Below are positions 39,401 to 54,539 of a stretch of DNA of 64,000 bases, piece by piece. A program made the translations under genes and the position numbers. The stretch spans positions 13,201,812-13,265,811 of the forward strand of contig NC_092675.1 in the NCBI RefSeq assembly GCF_964355755.1, in the 5' to 3' direction. The first letter of the stretch is position 1. Each line of letters starts with the position of its first letter. The notes beneath the pieces are model-generated. The model did not search any database, was not told the origin of the DNA, and saw nothing but the letters and a program-made list of their open reading frames with translations. The DNA is from Antedon mediterranea (taxonomy: Eukaryota; Animalia; Echinodermata).

Positions 39401-42400
39401 TTTTCACACAAAAACATCAAAGAGCACAAAATAGCTTAATATCGTATTTAAAAACGTTTTAGACCATTTTGAGCATTTAGACAAAACTTTTTCAGACAAA
39501 ACACCAAAGTGCTTAGAATAGCTTCAAATCGCATTTGGAGACGTTTTAGACCATTTTGTGCATTTCGATGAAACTTGGTTACACAAAAACATCAAAGTGC
39601 TTAAAATCACATTATAAATCGTTTTAGACCATTTTGAGCATTTCGACAAAACTTTTTCACACAAAATACCAAAGTGCTTAGAATAGCTTCAAATCGCATT
39701 TGGAGACGTTTTAGACCATTTTGTGATTTTCGAAAAAACTTTTTAACATAAAAACACCAAAGTGCTTAGAATAGCTTCAAATCACATTTGGAGACATTTT
39801 AGACCATAAGTGCTTAGAATCACATTATAAACCGTTTTAGACCATTTTGAGCATTTCGATAACAATTTTCACACAAAACCATCAAAGAGCACAAAATAGC
39901 TTAATATCGTATTTAAAAATGTTTTAGACCATTTTGAGCATTTAGATAAAACTTTTTCACACAAAACACCAAAGTGCTTAGAATAGCTTCAAATCGCATT
40001 TGGAGACGTTTTAGACCAATTTGTGATTTTTGAAAAAACTTGTTAACATAAAAACACCAAAGTGCTTAGAATAGCTTCAAATCACATTTGGAGACGTTTT
40101 AGACCATTTTGTGATTTTGAACAAACTTGTTAACATAAAAACACCAAAGTGCTTAGAATAGCTTCAAATCGTATTTGGAGACGTTTTAGACCATTTTGAG
40201 ATTTTCGAAAAAACTTGGTTACACAAAAACATCAAAGTGCTTAAAATCACATTATAAACCGTTTTAGACCATTTTGAGCATTTCGATAACACTTTTCACA
40301 CAAAAACATCAAAGAGCACAAAATAGCTTAATATCGTATTTAAAAACGTTTTAGACCATTTTGAGCATTTCGACAAAACTTTTTCACACAAAACACCAAA
40401 GTGCTTAGAATAGCTTCAAATCGCATTTGGAGACGTTTTAGACCAATTTGTGCATTTCGATGAAACTTGATTACACAAAAACATCAAAGTGCTTAAAATC
40501 ACATTATAAACCGTTTTAGACCATTTTGAGCATTTCGATAACACTTTTCACACAAAAACATCAAAGAGCACAAAATAGCTTAATATCGTATTTAAAAACG
40601 TTTTAGACCATTTTGAGCATTTAGACAAAACTTTTTCACACAAAACACCAAAGTGCTTAGAATAGCTTCAAATCGCATTTGGAGACGTTTTAGACCATTT
40701 TGTGCATTTCGATGAAACTTGGTTACACAAAAACATCAAAGTGCTTAAAATCACATTATAAATCGTTTTAGACCATTTTGTGATTTTCGAAAAGACTTTT
40801 TAACATAAAAACACCAAAGTGCTTAGAATAGCTTCAAATCACATTTGGAGACATTTTAGACCATTTTGTGATTTTCGAAAAAACTTGTTAACATAAAAAC
40901 ACGAAAGTGCTTAGAATAGCTTCAAATCGCATTTGGAAACGTTTTAGACCATTTTGTGATTTTCGAAAAAACTTTTTAACATAAAAACACGAAAGTGCTT
41001 AGAATCACATTATAAACCGTTTTAGACCATTTTGAGCATTTCGATAACAATTTTCACACAAAAACATCAAAGAGCACAAAATAGCTTAATATCGTATTTA
41101 AAAATGTTTTAGACCATTTTGAGCATTTAGATAAAACTTTTTCACACAAAACACCAAAGTGCTTAGAATAGCTTCAAATCGCATTTGGAGACGTTTTAGA
41201 CCATTTTGTGATTTTTGAAAAAACTTGTTAACATAAAAATACCAAAGTGCTTAGAATAGCTTCAAATCACATTTGGAGATGTTTTAGACCATTTTGTGAT
41301 TTTTGAAAAAACTTGTTAACATAAAAACACCAAAGTGCTTAGAATAGCTTCAAATCACATTTGGAGACGTTTTAGACCATTTTGTGATTTTCGAAAAAAC
41401 TTGTTAACATAAAAACACGAAAGTGCTTAGAATAGCTTCAAATCGCATTTGGAAACGTTTTAGACCATTTTGTGATTTTCAAAAAAGATTGTTAACATAA
41501 AAACACCAAAGTGCTTAGAATCACAATATAAACCGTTTTAGACCATTTTGAGCATTTCGATAACAATTTTCACACAAAAACATCAAAGAGCACAAAATAG
41601 CTTAATATCGTATTTAAAAATGTTTTAGACCATTTTGAGCATTTAGATAAAACTTTTTCACACAAAACACCAAAGTGCTTAGAATAGCTTCAAATCGCAT
41701 TTGGAGACGGTTTAGACCATTTTGTGATTTTGAAAAAACTTGTTAACATAAAAACACCAAAGTGCTTAGAATAGCTTCAAATCGTATTTGGAGACGTTTT
41801 AGACCATTTTGAGATTTTCGAAAAAACTTGGTTACACAAAAACATCAAAGTGCTTAAAATCACATTATAAACCGTTTTAGACCATTTTGAACATTTCGAT
41901 AACACTTTTCACACAAAAACATCAAAGAGCACAAAATAGCTTAATATCGTATTTAAAAACGTTTTAGACCATTTTGAGCATTTCGACAAAACTTTTTCAC
42001 ACAAAACACCAAAGTGCTTAGAATAGCTTCAAATCGCATTTGGAGACGTTTTAGACCAATTTGTGCATTTCGATGAAACTTGATTACACAAAAACATCAA
42101 CGTGCTTAAAATCACATTATAAACCGTTTTAGACCATTTTGAGCATTTCGATAACACTTTTCACACAAAAACATCAAAGAGCACAGAATAGCTTAATATC
42201 GTATTTAAAAACGTTTTAGACCATTTTGAGCATTTAGACAAAACTTTTTCACACAAAACACCAAAGTGCTTAGAATAGCTTCAAATCGCATTTGGAGACG
42301 TTTTAGACCATTTTGTGCATTTCGATGAAACTTGGTTACACAAAAACATAAAAGTGCTTAAAATCACATTATAAATCGTTTTAGACCATTTTGAGCATTT

Positions 42401-45400
42401 CGACAAAACTTTTTCACACCAAATACCAAAGGGCTTAGAATAGCTTCAAATCTTATTTGGAGACGTTTTAGACCATTTTGTGATTTTCGAAAAAACTTTT
42501 TAACATAAAAACACCAAAGTGCTTAGAATAGCTTCAAATCACATTTGGAGACGTTTTAGACCATTTTGTGATTTTCGAAAAAACTTGTTAACATAAAAAC
42601 ACGAAAGTGCTTAGAATAGTTTCAAATCGCATTTGGAAACGTTTTAGACCATTTTGTGATTTTCGAAAAAAATTGTTAACATAAAAACACCAAAGTGCTT
42701 AGAATCACATTATAAACCGTTTTAGACCATTTTGAGCATTTCGATAACAATTTTCACACAAAAACATCAAAGAGCACAAAATAGCTTAATATCGTATTTA
42801 AAAATGTTTTAGACCATTTTGAGCATTTAGATAAAACTTTTTCACACAAAACACCAAAGTGCTTAGAATAGCTTCAAATCGCATTTGGAGACCTTTTAGA
42901 CCATTTTGTGATTTTTGAAAAAACTTGTTAACATAAAAACACCAAAGTGCTTAGAATAGCTTCAAATCACATTTGGAGACGTTTTAGACCATTTTGTGAT
43001 TTTCGAAAAAACTTGTTAACATAAAAACACGAAAGTGCTTAGAATAGCTTCAAATCGCATTTGGAAACGTTTTAGACCATTTTGTGATTTTTGAAAAAAC
43101 TTGTTAACATAAAAACACCAAAGTGCTTAGAATAGCTTCAAATCACATTTGGAGACGTTTTAGACCATTTTGTGATTTTCGAAAAAACTTGTTAACATAA
43201 AAACACGAAAGTGCTTAGAATAGCTTCAAATCGCATTTGGAAACGTTTTAGACCATTTTGTGATTTTCGAAAAAACTTGTTAACATAAAAACACGAAAGT
43301 GCTTAGAATAGCTTCAAATCGCATTTGGAAACGTTTTAGACCATTTTGTGATTTTCGAAAAAAATTGTTAACATAAAAACACCAAAGTGTTTAGAATAGC
43401 TTCAAATCGCATTTGGAGACGTTTTAGACCAATTTGTGATTTTCGAAAAAACTTATCAACATAAAAACACCAAAGGGATTAGAATAGCTTCAAATCGCAT
43501 TTGGAGACGTTTTAGACCATTTTGTGATTTTGAAAAAACTTGTTAACATAAAAACACCAAAGTGCTTAGAATAGCTTCAAATCGCATTTGGAGACGTTTT
43601 AGACCATTTTGTGATTTTCGAAAAAACTTGTTAACATAAAAACACCAAAGTGCTTAGAATAGCTTCAAATCGTATTTGGAGACGTTTTAGACTATTTTGA
43701 GATTTTCGAAAAAACTTGGTTACACAAAAACATCAAAGTGCTTAAAATCACATTATAAACCGTTTTAGACCATTTTGAGCATTTCGATAACACTTTTCAC
43801 ACAAAAACATCAAAGAGCACAAAATAGCTTAATATCGTATTTAAAAACGTTTTAGACCATTTTGAGCAATTCGACAAAACTTTTTCACACAAAACACCAA
43901 AGTGCTTAGAATAGCTTCAAATCGCATTTGGAGACGTTTTAGACCAATTTGTGCATTTCGATGAAACTTGATTACACAAAAACATCAAAGTGCTTAAAAT
44001 CACATTATAAACCGTTTTAGACCATTTTGAGCATTTCGATAACACTTTTCACACAAAAACATCAAAGAGCACAAAATAGCTTAATATCGTATTTAAAAAC
44101 GTTTTAGACCATTTTGAGCATTTAGACAAAACTTTTTCACACAAAACACCAAAGTGCTTAGAATAGCTTCAAATCGCATTTGGAGACGTTTTAGACCATT
44201 TTGTGCATTTCGATGAAACTTGGTTACACAAAAACATCAAAGTGCTTAAAATCACATTATAAATCGTTTTAGACCATTTTGAGCATTTCGACAAAACTTT
44301 TTCACACAAAATACCAAAGTGCTTAGAATAGCTTCAAATCGCATTTGGAGACGTTTTAGACCATTTTGTGATTTTCGAAAAAACTTTTTAACATAAAAAC
44401 ACCAAAGTGCTTAGAATAGCTTCAAATCACATTTGGAGACGTTTTAGACCATAAGTGCTTAGAATCACATTATAAACCGTTTTAGACCATTTTGAGCATT
44501 TCGATAACAATTTTAACACAAAAACATCAAAGAGCACAAAATAGCTTAATATCGTATTTAAAAATGTTTTAGACCATTTTGAGCATTTAGATAAAACTTT
44601 TTCACACAAAACACCAAAGTGCTTAGAATAGCTTCAAATCGCATTTGGAGACGTTTTAGACCAATTTGTGATTTTTGAAAAACTTGTTAACATAAAATCA
44701 CCAAAGTGCTTAGAATAGCTTCAAATCACATTTGGAGACGTTTTAGACCATTTTGTGATTTTGAACAAACTTGTTAACATAAAAACACCAAAGTGCTTAG
44801 AATAGCTTCAAATCGCATTTGGAGACGTTTTAGACCATTTTGTGATTTTCGAAAAAACTTGTTAACATAAAAACACGAAAGTGCTTAGAATAGCTTCAAA
44901 TCGCATTTGGAAACGTTTTAGACCATTTTGTGATTTTCGAAAAAAATTGTTAACATAAAAACACCAAAGTGCTTAGAATCACATTATAAACCGTTTTAGA
45001 CCATTTTGAGCATTTCGATAACAATTTTCACACAAAAACATCAAAGAGCACAAAATAGCTTAATATCGTATTTAAAAATGTTTTAGACCATTTTGAGCAT
45101 TTAGATAAAACTTTTTCACACAAAACACCAAAGTGCTTAGAATAGCTTCAAATCGCATTTGGAGACGTTTTAGACCATTTTGTGATTTTTGAAAAAACTT
45201 GTTAACATAAAAACACCAAAGTGCTTAGAATAGCTTCAAATCACATTTGGAGACGTTTTAGACCATTTTGTGATTTTCGAAAAAACTTTTTAACATAAAA
45301 ACACCAAAGTGCTTAGAATAGCTTCAAATCACATTTGGAGACGTTTTAGACCATTTTGTGATTTTTGAAAAAACTTGTTAACATAAAAACACGAAAGTGC

Positions 45401-48400
45401 TTAGAATAGCTTCAAATCGCATTTGGAAACGTTTTAGACCATTTTGTGATTTTCGAAAAAGATTGTTAACATAAAAACACCAAAGTGCTTAGAATCACAT
45501 TATAAACCGTTTTAGACCATTTTGAGCATTTCGATAACAATTTTCACACAAAAACATCAAAGAGCACAAAATAGCTTAATATCGTATTTAAAAATGTTTT
45601 AGACCATTTTGAGCATTTAGATAAAATTTTTTCACACAAAACACCAAAGTGCTTAGAATAGCTTCAAATCGCATTTGGAGACGGTTTAGACCATTTTGTG
45701 ATTTTGAAAAAACTTGTTAACATAAAAACACCAAAGTGCTTAGAATAGCTTCAAATCGCATTTGGAGACGTTTTAGACCATTTTGTGATTTTCGAAAAAA
45801 CTTGTTAACATAAAAACACCAAAGGGCTTAGAATAGCTTCAAATCGTATTTGGAGACGTTTTAGACCATTTTGAGATTTTCGAAAAAACTTGGTTACACA
45901 AAAACATCAAAGTGCTTAAAATCACATTATAAACCGTTTTAGACCATTTTGAGCATTTCGATAACACTTTCACACAAAAACATCAAAGAGCACAAAATAG
46001 CTTAATATCGTATTTAAAAACGTTTTAGACCATTTTGAGCATTTCGACAAAACTTTTTCACACAAAACACCAAAGTGCTTAGAATAGCTTCAAATCGCAT
46101 TTGGAGACGTTTTAGACCAATTTGTGCATTTCGATGAAACTTGATTACACAAAAACTTCAAAGTGCTTAAAATCACATTATAAACCGTTTTAGACCATTT
46201 TGAGCATTTCGATAACACTTTTCACACAAAAACATCAAAGAGCACAAAATTGCTTAATATCGTATTTAAAAACATTTTAGACCATTTTGAGCATTTAGAC
46301 AAAACTTTTTCACACAAAACACCAAAGTGCTTAGAATAGCTTCAAATCGCATTTGGAGACGTTTTAGACCATTTTGTGCATTTCGAAGGAACTTGGTTAC
46401 ACAAAAACATCAAAGTGCTTAAAATCACATTATAAATCGTTTTAGACCATTTTGAGCATTTCGACAAAACTTTTTCACACAAAATACAAAAGTGCTTAGA
46501 ATAGCTTCAAATCGCATTTGGAGACGTTTTAGACCATTTTGTGATTTTCGAAAAAACTTTTTAACATAAAAACACCAAAGTGCTTAGAATAGCTTCAAAT
46601 CACATTTGGAGACGTTTTAGACCATTTTGTGATTTTCGAAAAAACTTGTTAACATAAAAACACGAAAGTGCTTAGAATAGCTTCAAATCGCATTTGGAGA
46701 CGTTTTAGACCATTTTGTGATTTTTGAAAAAACTTGTTAACATAAAAACACCAAAGTGCTTAGAATAGCTTCAAATCACATTTGGAGATGTTTTAGACCA
46801 TTTTGTGATTTTTGAAAAAACTTGTTAACATAAAAACACGAAAGTGCTTAGAATAGCTTCAAATCACATTTGGAGACGTTTTAGACCATTTTGTGATTTT
46901 TGAAAAAACTTGTTAACATAAAAACACGAAAGTGCTTAGAATAGCTTCAAATCGCATTTGGAAACGTTTTAGACCATTTTGTGATTTTCGAAAAAGATTG
47001 TTAACATAAAAACACCAATGTGCTTAGAATCACATTATAAACCGTTTTAGACCATTTTGAGCATTTCGATAACAATTTTCACACAAAAACATCAAAGAGC
47101 ACAAAATAGCTTAATATCGTATTTATAAATGTTTTAGACCATTTTGAGCATTTCGACAAAACTTTTTCACACAAAACACCAAAGTGCTTAGAATAGCTTC
47201 AAATCGCATTTGGAGACGTTTTTTTATACCATTTTGTGATTTCGATGAAACTTGATTACACAAAAACATCAAAGTGCTTAAAATCACATTATAAACCGTT
47301 TTAGACCATTTTGAGCATTTCGATAACACTTTTCACACAAAAACATCAAAGAGCACAAAATAGCTTAATATCGTATTTAAAAACGTTTTAGACCATTTTG
47401 AGCTTTTAGACAAAACTTTTTCACACAAAACACCAAAGTGCTTAGAATAGCTTCAAATCGCATTTGGAGACGTTTTAGAACATTTTGTGTTTTTCGAAAA
47501 AAACTGTTAACATAAAAACACCAAAGTGCTTAGAATAGCTTCAAATCGCATTTGGAGACGTTTTAGAACATTTTGTGTTCTTCGAAAAAACCTGTTAACA
47601 TAAAAACACCAAAGTGCTTAGAATAGCTTCAAATCGCATTTGGAGACGTTTTAGACCATTTTGTGATTTTTGAAAAAACCTGTTAACATAAAAACACCAA
47701 AGTGCTTAGAATAGCTTCAAATCACATTTGGAGACGTTTTAGACCATTTTGTGATTTTCGAAAAAACTTGTTAACATAAAAACACGAAAGTGCTTAGAAT
47801 AGCTTCAAATCGCATTTGGAAACGTTTTAGACCATTTTGTGATTTTCGAAAAAGATTGTTAACATAAAAACACCAAAGTGCTTAGAATCACAATATAAAC
47901 CGTTTTAGACCATTTTGAGCATTTCGATAACAATTTTCACACAAAAACATCAAAGAGCACAAAATAGCTTAATATCGTATTTAAAAATGTTTTAGACCAT
48001 TTTGAGCATTTAGATAAAACTTTTTCACACAAAACACCAAAGTGCTTAGAATAGCTTCAAATCGCATTTGGAGACGGTTTAGACCATTTTGTGATTTTGA
48101 AAAAACTTGTTAACATAAAAACACCAAAGTGCTTAGAATAGCTTCAAATCGCATTTGGAGACGTTTTAGACCATTTTGTGATTTTCGAAAAAACTTGTTA
48201 ACATAAAAACACCAAAGTGCTTAGAATAGCTTCAAATCGTATTTGGAGACGTTTTAGACCATCTTGAGATTTTCGAAAAAACTTGGTTACACAAAAACAT
48301 CAAAGTGCTTAAAATCACATTATAAACCGTTTTAGACCATTTTCAACATTTCGATAACACTTTTCACACAAAAACATCAAAGAGCACAAAATAGCTTAAT

Positions 48401-51400
48401 ATCGTATTTAAAAACGTTTTAGACCATTTTGAGCATTTCGACAAAACTTTTTCACACAAAAACATCAAAGAGCACAAAATAGCTTAATATCGTATTTAAA
48501 AACGTTTTAGACCATTTTGAGCATTTAGACAAAACTTTTTCACACAAAACACCAAAGTGCTTAGAATAGCTTCAAATCGCATTTGGAGACGTTTTAGACC
48601 ATTTTGTGCATTTCGATGAAACTTGGTTACACAAAAACATCAAAGTGCTTAAAATCACATTATAAATCGTTTTAGACCCTTTTGAGCATTTCGACAAAAC
48701 TTTTTCACACAAAATACCAAAGGGCTTAGAATAGCTTCAAATCGCATTTGGAGACGTTTTAGACCATTTTGTGATTTTCGAAAAAACTTTTTAACATAAA
48801 AAGACCAAAGTGCTTAGAATAGCTTCAAATCACATTTGGAGACGTTTTAGACCATTTTGTGATTTTCGAAAAAACTTGTTAACATAAAAACACGAAAGTG
48901 CTTAGAATAGCTTCAAATCGCATTTGGAAACGTTTTAGACCATTTTGTGATTTTCGAAAAAAATTGTTAACATAAAAACACCAAAGTGCTTAGAATCACA
49001 TTATAAACCGTTTTAGACCATTTTGAGCATTTCGATAACAATTTTCACACAAAAACATCAAAGAGCACAAAATAGCTTAATATCGTATTTAAAAATGTTT
49101 TAGACCATTTTGAGCATTTAGATAAATCTGTTTCACACAAAACACCAAAGTGCTTAGAATAGCTTCAAATCGCATTTGGAGACGTTTTAGACCATTTTGT
49201 GATTTTTGAAAAAACTTGTTAACATAAAAACACCAAAGTGCTTAGAATAGCTTCAAATCACATTTGGAGACGTTTTAGACCATTTTGTGATTTTCGAAAA
49301 AACTTGTTAACATAAAAACACGAAAGTGCTTAGAATAGCTTCAAATCGCATTTGGAAACGTTTTAGACCATTTTGTGATTTTCGAAAAAACTTGTTAACA
49401 TAAAAACACGAAAGTGCTTAGAATAGCTTTAAATCGCATTTGGAAACGTTTTAGACCATTTTGTGATTTTCGAAAAAAATTGTTAACATAAAAACACCAA
49501 AGTGTTTAGAATAGCTTCAAATCGCATTTGGAGACGTTTTAGACCAATTTGTGATTTTCGAAAAAACTTATCAACATAAAAACACCAAAGGGTTTAGAAT
49601 AGCTTCAAATCGCATTTGGAGACGTTTTAGACCATTTTGTGATTTTGAAAAAACTTGTTAACATAAAAACACCAAAGTGCTTAGAATAGCTTCAAATCGC
49701 ATTTGGAGACGTTTTAGACCATTTTGTGATTTTCGAAAAAACTTGTTAACATAAAAACACCAAAGTGCTTAGAATAGCTTCAAATCGTATTTGGAGACGT
49801 TTTAGACCATTTTGAGATTTTCGAAAAAACTTGGTTACACAAAAACATCAAAGTGCTTAAAATCACATTATAAACCGTTTTAGACCATTTTGAACATTTC
49901 GATAACACTTTTCACACAAAAACATCAAAGAGCACAAAATAGCTTAATATCGTATTTAAAAACGTTTTAGACCATTTTGAGCATTTCGACAAAACTTTTT
50001 CACACAAAACACCAAAGTGCTTAGAATAGCTTCAAATCGCATTTGGAGACGTTTTAGACCAATTTGTGCATTTCGATGAAACTTGATTACACAAAAACAT
50101 CAAAGTGCTTAAAATCACATTATAAACCGTTTTAGACCATTTTGAGCATTTCGATAACACTTTTCACACAAAAACATCAAAGAGCACAAAATAGCTTAAT
50201 ATCGTATTTAAAAACGTTTTAGACCATTTTGAGCATTTAGACAAAACTTTTTCACACAAAACACCAAAGTGCTTAGAATAGCTTCAAATCGCATTTGGAG
50301 ACGTTTTAGACCATTTTGTGATTTTTGAAAAAACTTGTTAACATAAAAACACCAAAGTGCTTAGAATAGCTTCAAATCACATTTGGAGACGTTTTAGACC
50401 ATTTTGTGATTTTCGAAAAAACTTGTTAACATAAAAACACGAAAGTGCTTAGAATAGCTTCAAATCGCATTTGGAAACGTTTTAGACCATTTTGTGATTT
50501 TCGAAAAAACTTGTTAACATAAAAACACGAAAGTGCTTAGAATCACATTATAAACCGTTTTAGACCATTTTGAGCATTTCGATAACAATTTTCACACAAA
50601 AACATCAAAGAGCACAAAATAGCTTAATATCGTATTTAAAAATGTTTTAGACCATTTTGAGCATTTGGATAAAACTTTTTCACACAAAACACCAAAGTGC
50701 TTAGAATAGCTTCAAATCGCATTTGGAGACGTTTTAGACCATTTTGTGATTTTTGAAAAAACTTGTTAACATAAAAACACCAAAGTGCTTAGAATAGCTT
50801 CAAATCACATTTGAAGATGTTTTAGACCATTTTGTGATTTTTGAAAAAACTTGTTAACATAAAAACACGAAAGTGCTTAGAATAGCTTCAAATCACATTT
50901 GGAGACGTTTTAGACCATTTTGTGATTTTTGAAAAAACTTGTTAACATAAAAACACGAAAGTGCTTAGAATAGCTTCAAATCGCATTTGGAAACGTTTTA
51001 GACCATTTTGTGATTTTCGAAAAAGATTGTTAACATAAAAACACTAATGTGCTTAGAATCACATTATAAACCGTTTTAGACCATTTTGAGCATTTCGATA
51101 ACAATTTTCACACAAAAACATCAAAGAGCACAAAATAACTTAATATCGTATTTATAAATGTTTTAGACCATTTTGAGCATTTCGACAAAACTTTTTCACA
51201 CAAAACACCAAAGTGCTTAGAATAGCTTCAAATCGCATTTGGAGACGTTTTAGACCATTTTGTGATTTCGATGAAACTTGATTACACAAAAACATCAAAG
51301 TGCTTAAAATCACATTATAAACCATTTTAGACCATTTTGAGCATTTCGATAACACTTTTCACACAAAAACATCAAAGAGCAAAAAATAGCTTAATATCGT

Positions 51401-52119
51401 ATTTAAAAACGTTTTAGACCATTTTGAGCATTTAGACAAAACTTTTTCACACAAAACACCAAAGTGCTTAGAATAGCTTCAAATCGCATTTGGAGACGTT
51501 TTAGAACATTTTGTGTTTTTCGAAAAAAACTGGTAACATAAAAACACCAAAGTGCTTAGAATAGCTTCAAATCGCATTTGGAGACGTTTTAGAACATTTT
51601 GTGTTCTTCGAAAAAACCTGTTAACATAAAAACACCAAAGTGCTTAGAATAGCTTCAAATCGCATTTGGAGACGTTTTAGACCATTTTGTGATTTTTGAA
51701 AAAACTTGTTAACATAAAAACACCAAAGTGCTTAGAATAGCTTCAAATCACATTTGGAGACGTTTTAGACCATTTTGTGATTTTCGAAAAAACTTGTTAA
51801 CATAAAAACACCAAAGTGCTTAGAATAGCGTCAAATCGTATTTGGAGACGTTTTAGACCATTTTGTGATTTTCGAAAAAACTTGTTAACATAAAAACACC
51901 AAAGTGCTTAGAATAGCTTCAAATCGCATTTGGAGACGGTTTAGACCATTTTATGATTTTGAAAAAACTTGTTAACATAAAAACACCAAAGTGCTTAGAA
52001 TAGCTTCAAATCGCATTTGGAGACGTTTTAGACCATTTTGTGATTTTCGAAAAAACTTGTTAACATAAAAACACCAAAGTGCTTAGAATAGCTTCAAATC
52101 GTATTTGGAGACGTTTTAG

Positions 52120-52875
52120 ACCATTTTGAGATTTTCGAAAAAACTTGGTTACACAAAAACATCAAAGTGCTTAAAATCACATTATAAACCGTTTTAGACC
52201 ATTTTGAGCATTTCGATAACACTTTTCACACAAAAACATCAAAGAGCACAAAATAGCTTAATATCGTATTTAAAAACGTTTTAGACCATTTTGAGCATTT
52301 CGACAAAACTTTTTCACACAAAACACCAAAGTGCTTAGAATAGCTTCAAATCGCATTTGGAGACGTTTTAAACCAATTTGTGCATTTCGATGAAACTTGA
52401 TTACACAAAAACATCAAAGTGCTTAAAATCACATTATAAACCAATTTAGACCATTTTGAGCATTTCGATAACACTTTTCACACAAAAACATCAAAGAGCA
52501 CAAAATAGCTTAATATCGTATTTAAAAACGTTTTAGACCATTTTGAGCATTTCGACAAAACTTTTTCACACAAAACACCAAAGTGCTTAGAATAGCTTCA
52601 AATCGCATTTGGAGACGTTTTAGACCAATTTGTGCATTTCGATGAAACTTGATTACACAAAAACATCAAAGTGCTTAAAATCACATTATAAACCGTTTTA
52701 GACCATTTTGAGCATTTCGATAACACTTTTCACACAAAAACATCAAAGAGCACAAAATAGCTTAATATCGTATTTAAAAAAGTTTTAGACCATTTTGAGC
52801 ATTTAGACAAAACTTTTTCACACAAAACACCAAAGTGCTTAGAATAGCTTCAAATCGCATTTGGAGACGTTTTAG
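52120..52875 (+). repeat. Three consecutive 252-bp B-C-D trimers
   Basis: B-type monomers start at 52120, 52372 and 52624, and the next A monomer starts at 52876. Confidence 0.88.
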
Positions 52876-54539
52876 ACCATTTTGTGATTTTTGAAAAAAC
52901 TTGTTAACATAAAAACACCAAAGTGCTTAGAATAGCTTCAAATCACATTTGGAGACGTTTTAGACCATTTTGTGATTTTCGAAAAAACTTGTTAACATAA
53001 AAACACGAAAGTGCTTAGAATAGCTTCAAATCGCATTTGGAAACGTTTTAGACCATTTTGTGATTTTCGAAAAAACTTGTTAACATAAAAACACGAAAGT
53101 GCTTAGAATCACATTATAAACCGTTTTAGACCATTTTGAGCATTTCGATAACAATTTTCACACAAAAACATCAAAGAGCAAAATAGCTTAATATCGTATT
53201 TAAAAATGTTTTAGACCATTTTGAGCATTTAGATAAAACTTTTTCACACAAAACACCAAAGTGCTTAGAATAGCTTCAAATCGCATTTGGAGACGTTTTA
53301 GACCATTTTGTGATTTTCGAAAAAACTTGTTAACATAAAAACACGAAAGTGCTTAGAACAGCTTCAAATCGCATTTGGAAACGTTTTAGACCATTTTGTG
53401 ATTTTCGAAAAAAATTGTTAACATAAAAACACCAAAGTGTTTAGAATAGCTTCAAATCGCATTTGGAGACGTTTTAGACCAATTTGTGATTTTCGAAAAA
53501 ACTTATCAACATAAAAACACCAAAGGGTTTAGAATAGCTTCAAATCGCATTTGGAGACGTTTTAGACCATTTTGTGATTTTGAAAAAACTTGTTAACATA
53601 AAAACACCAAAGTGCTTAGAATAGCTTCAAATCGCATTTGGAGACGTTTTAGACCATTTTGTGATTTTCGAAAAAACTTGTTAACATAAAAACACCAAAG
53701 TGCTTAGAATAGCTTCAAATCGTATTTGGAGACGTTTTAGACCATTTTGAGATTTTCGAAAAAACTTGGTTACACAAAAACATCAAAGTGCTTAAAATCA
53801 CATTATAAACCGTTTTAGACCATTTTGAGCATTTCGGTAACACTTTTCACACAAAAACATCAAAGAGCACAAAATAGCTTAATATCGTATTTAAAAACGT
53901 TTTAGACCATTTTGAGCATTTAGACAAAACTTTTTCACACAAAACACCAAAGTGCTTAGAATAGCTTCAAATCGCATTTGGAGACGTTTTAGACCATTTT
54001 GTGCATTTCGATGAAACTTGGTTACACAAAAACATCAAAGTGCTTAAAATCACATTATAAATCGTTTTAGACCATTTTGAGCATTTCGACAAAACTTTTT
54101 CACACAAAATACCAAAGTGCTTAGAATAGCTTCAAATCGCATTTGGAGACGTTTTAGACCATTTTGTGATTTTCGAAAAAACTTTTTAACATAAAAACAC
54201 CAAAGTGCTTAGAATAGCTTCAAATCACATTTGGAGACGTTTTAGACCATAAGTGCTTAGAATCACATCATAAACCGTTTTAGACCATTTTGAGCATTTC
54301 GATAACAATTTTCACACAAAAACATCAAAGAGCACAAAATAGCTTAATATCGTATTTAAAAATGTTTTAGACCATTTTGAGCATTTAGATAAAACTTTTT
54401 CACACAAAACACCAAAGTGCTTAGAATAGCTTCAAATCGCATTTGGAGACGTTTTAGACCATTTTGTGATTTTTGAAAAAACTTGTTAACATAAAAACAC
54501 CAAAGTGCTTAGAATAGCTTCAAATCGCATTTGGAAACG

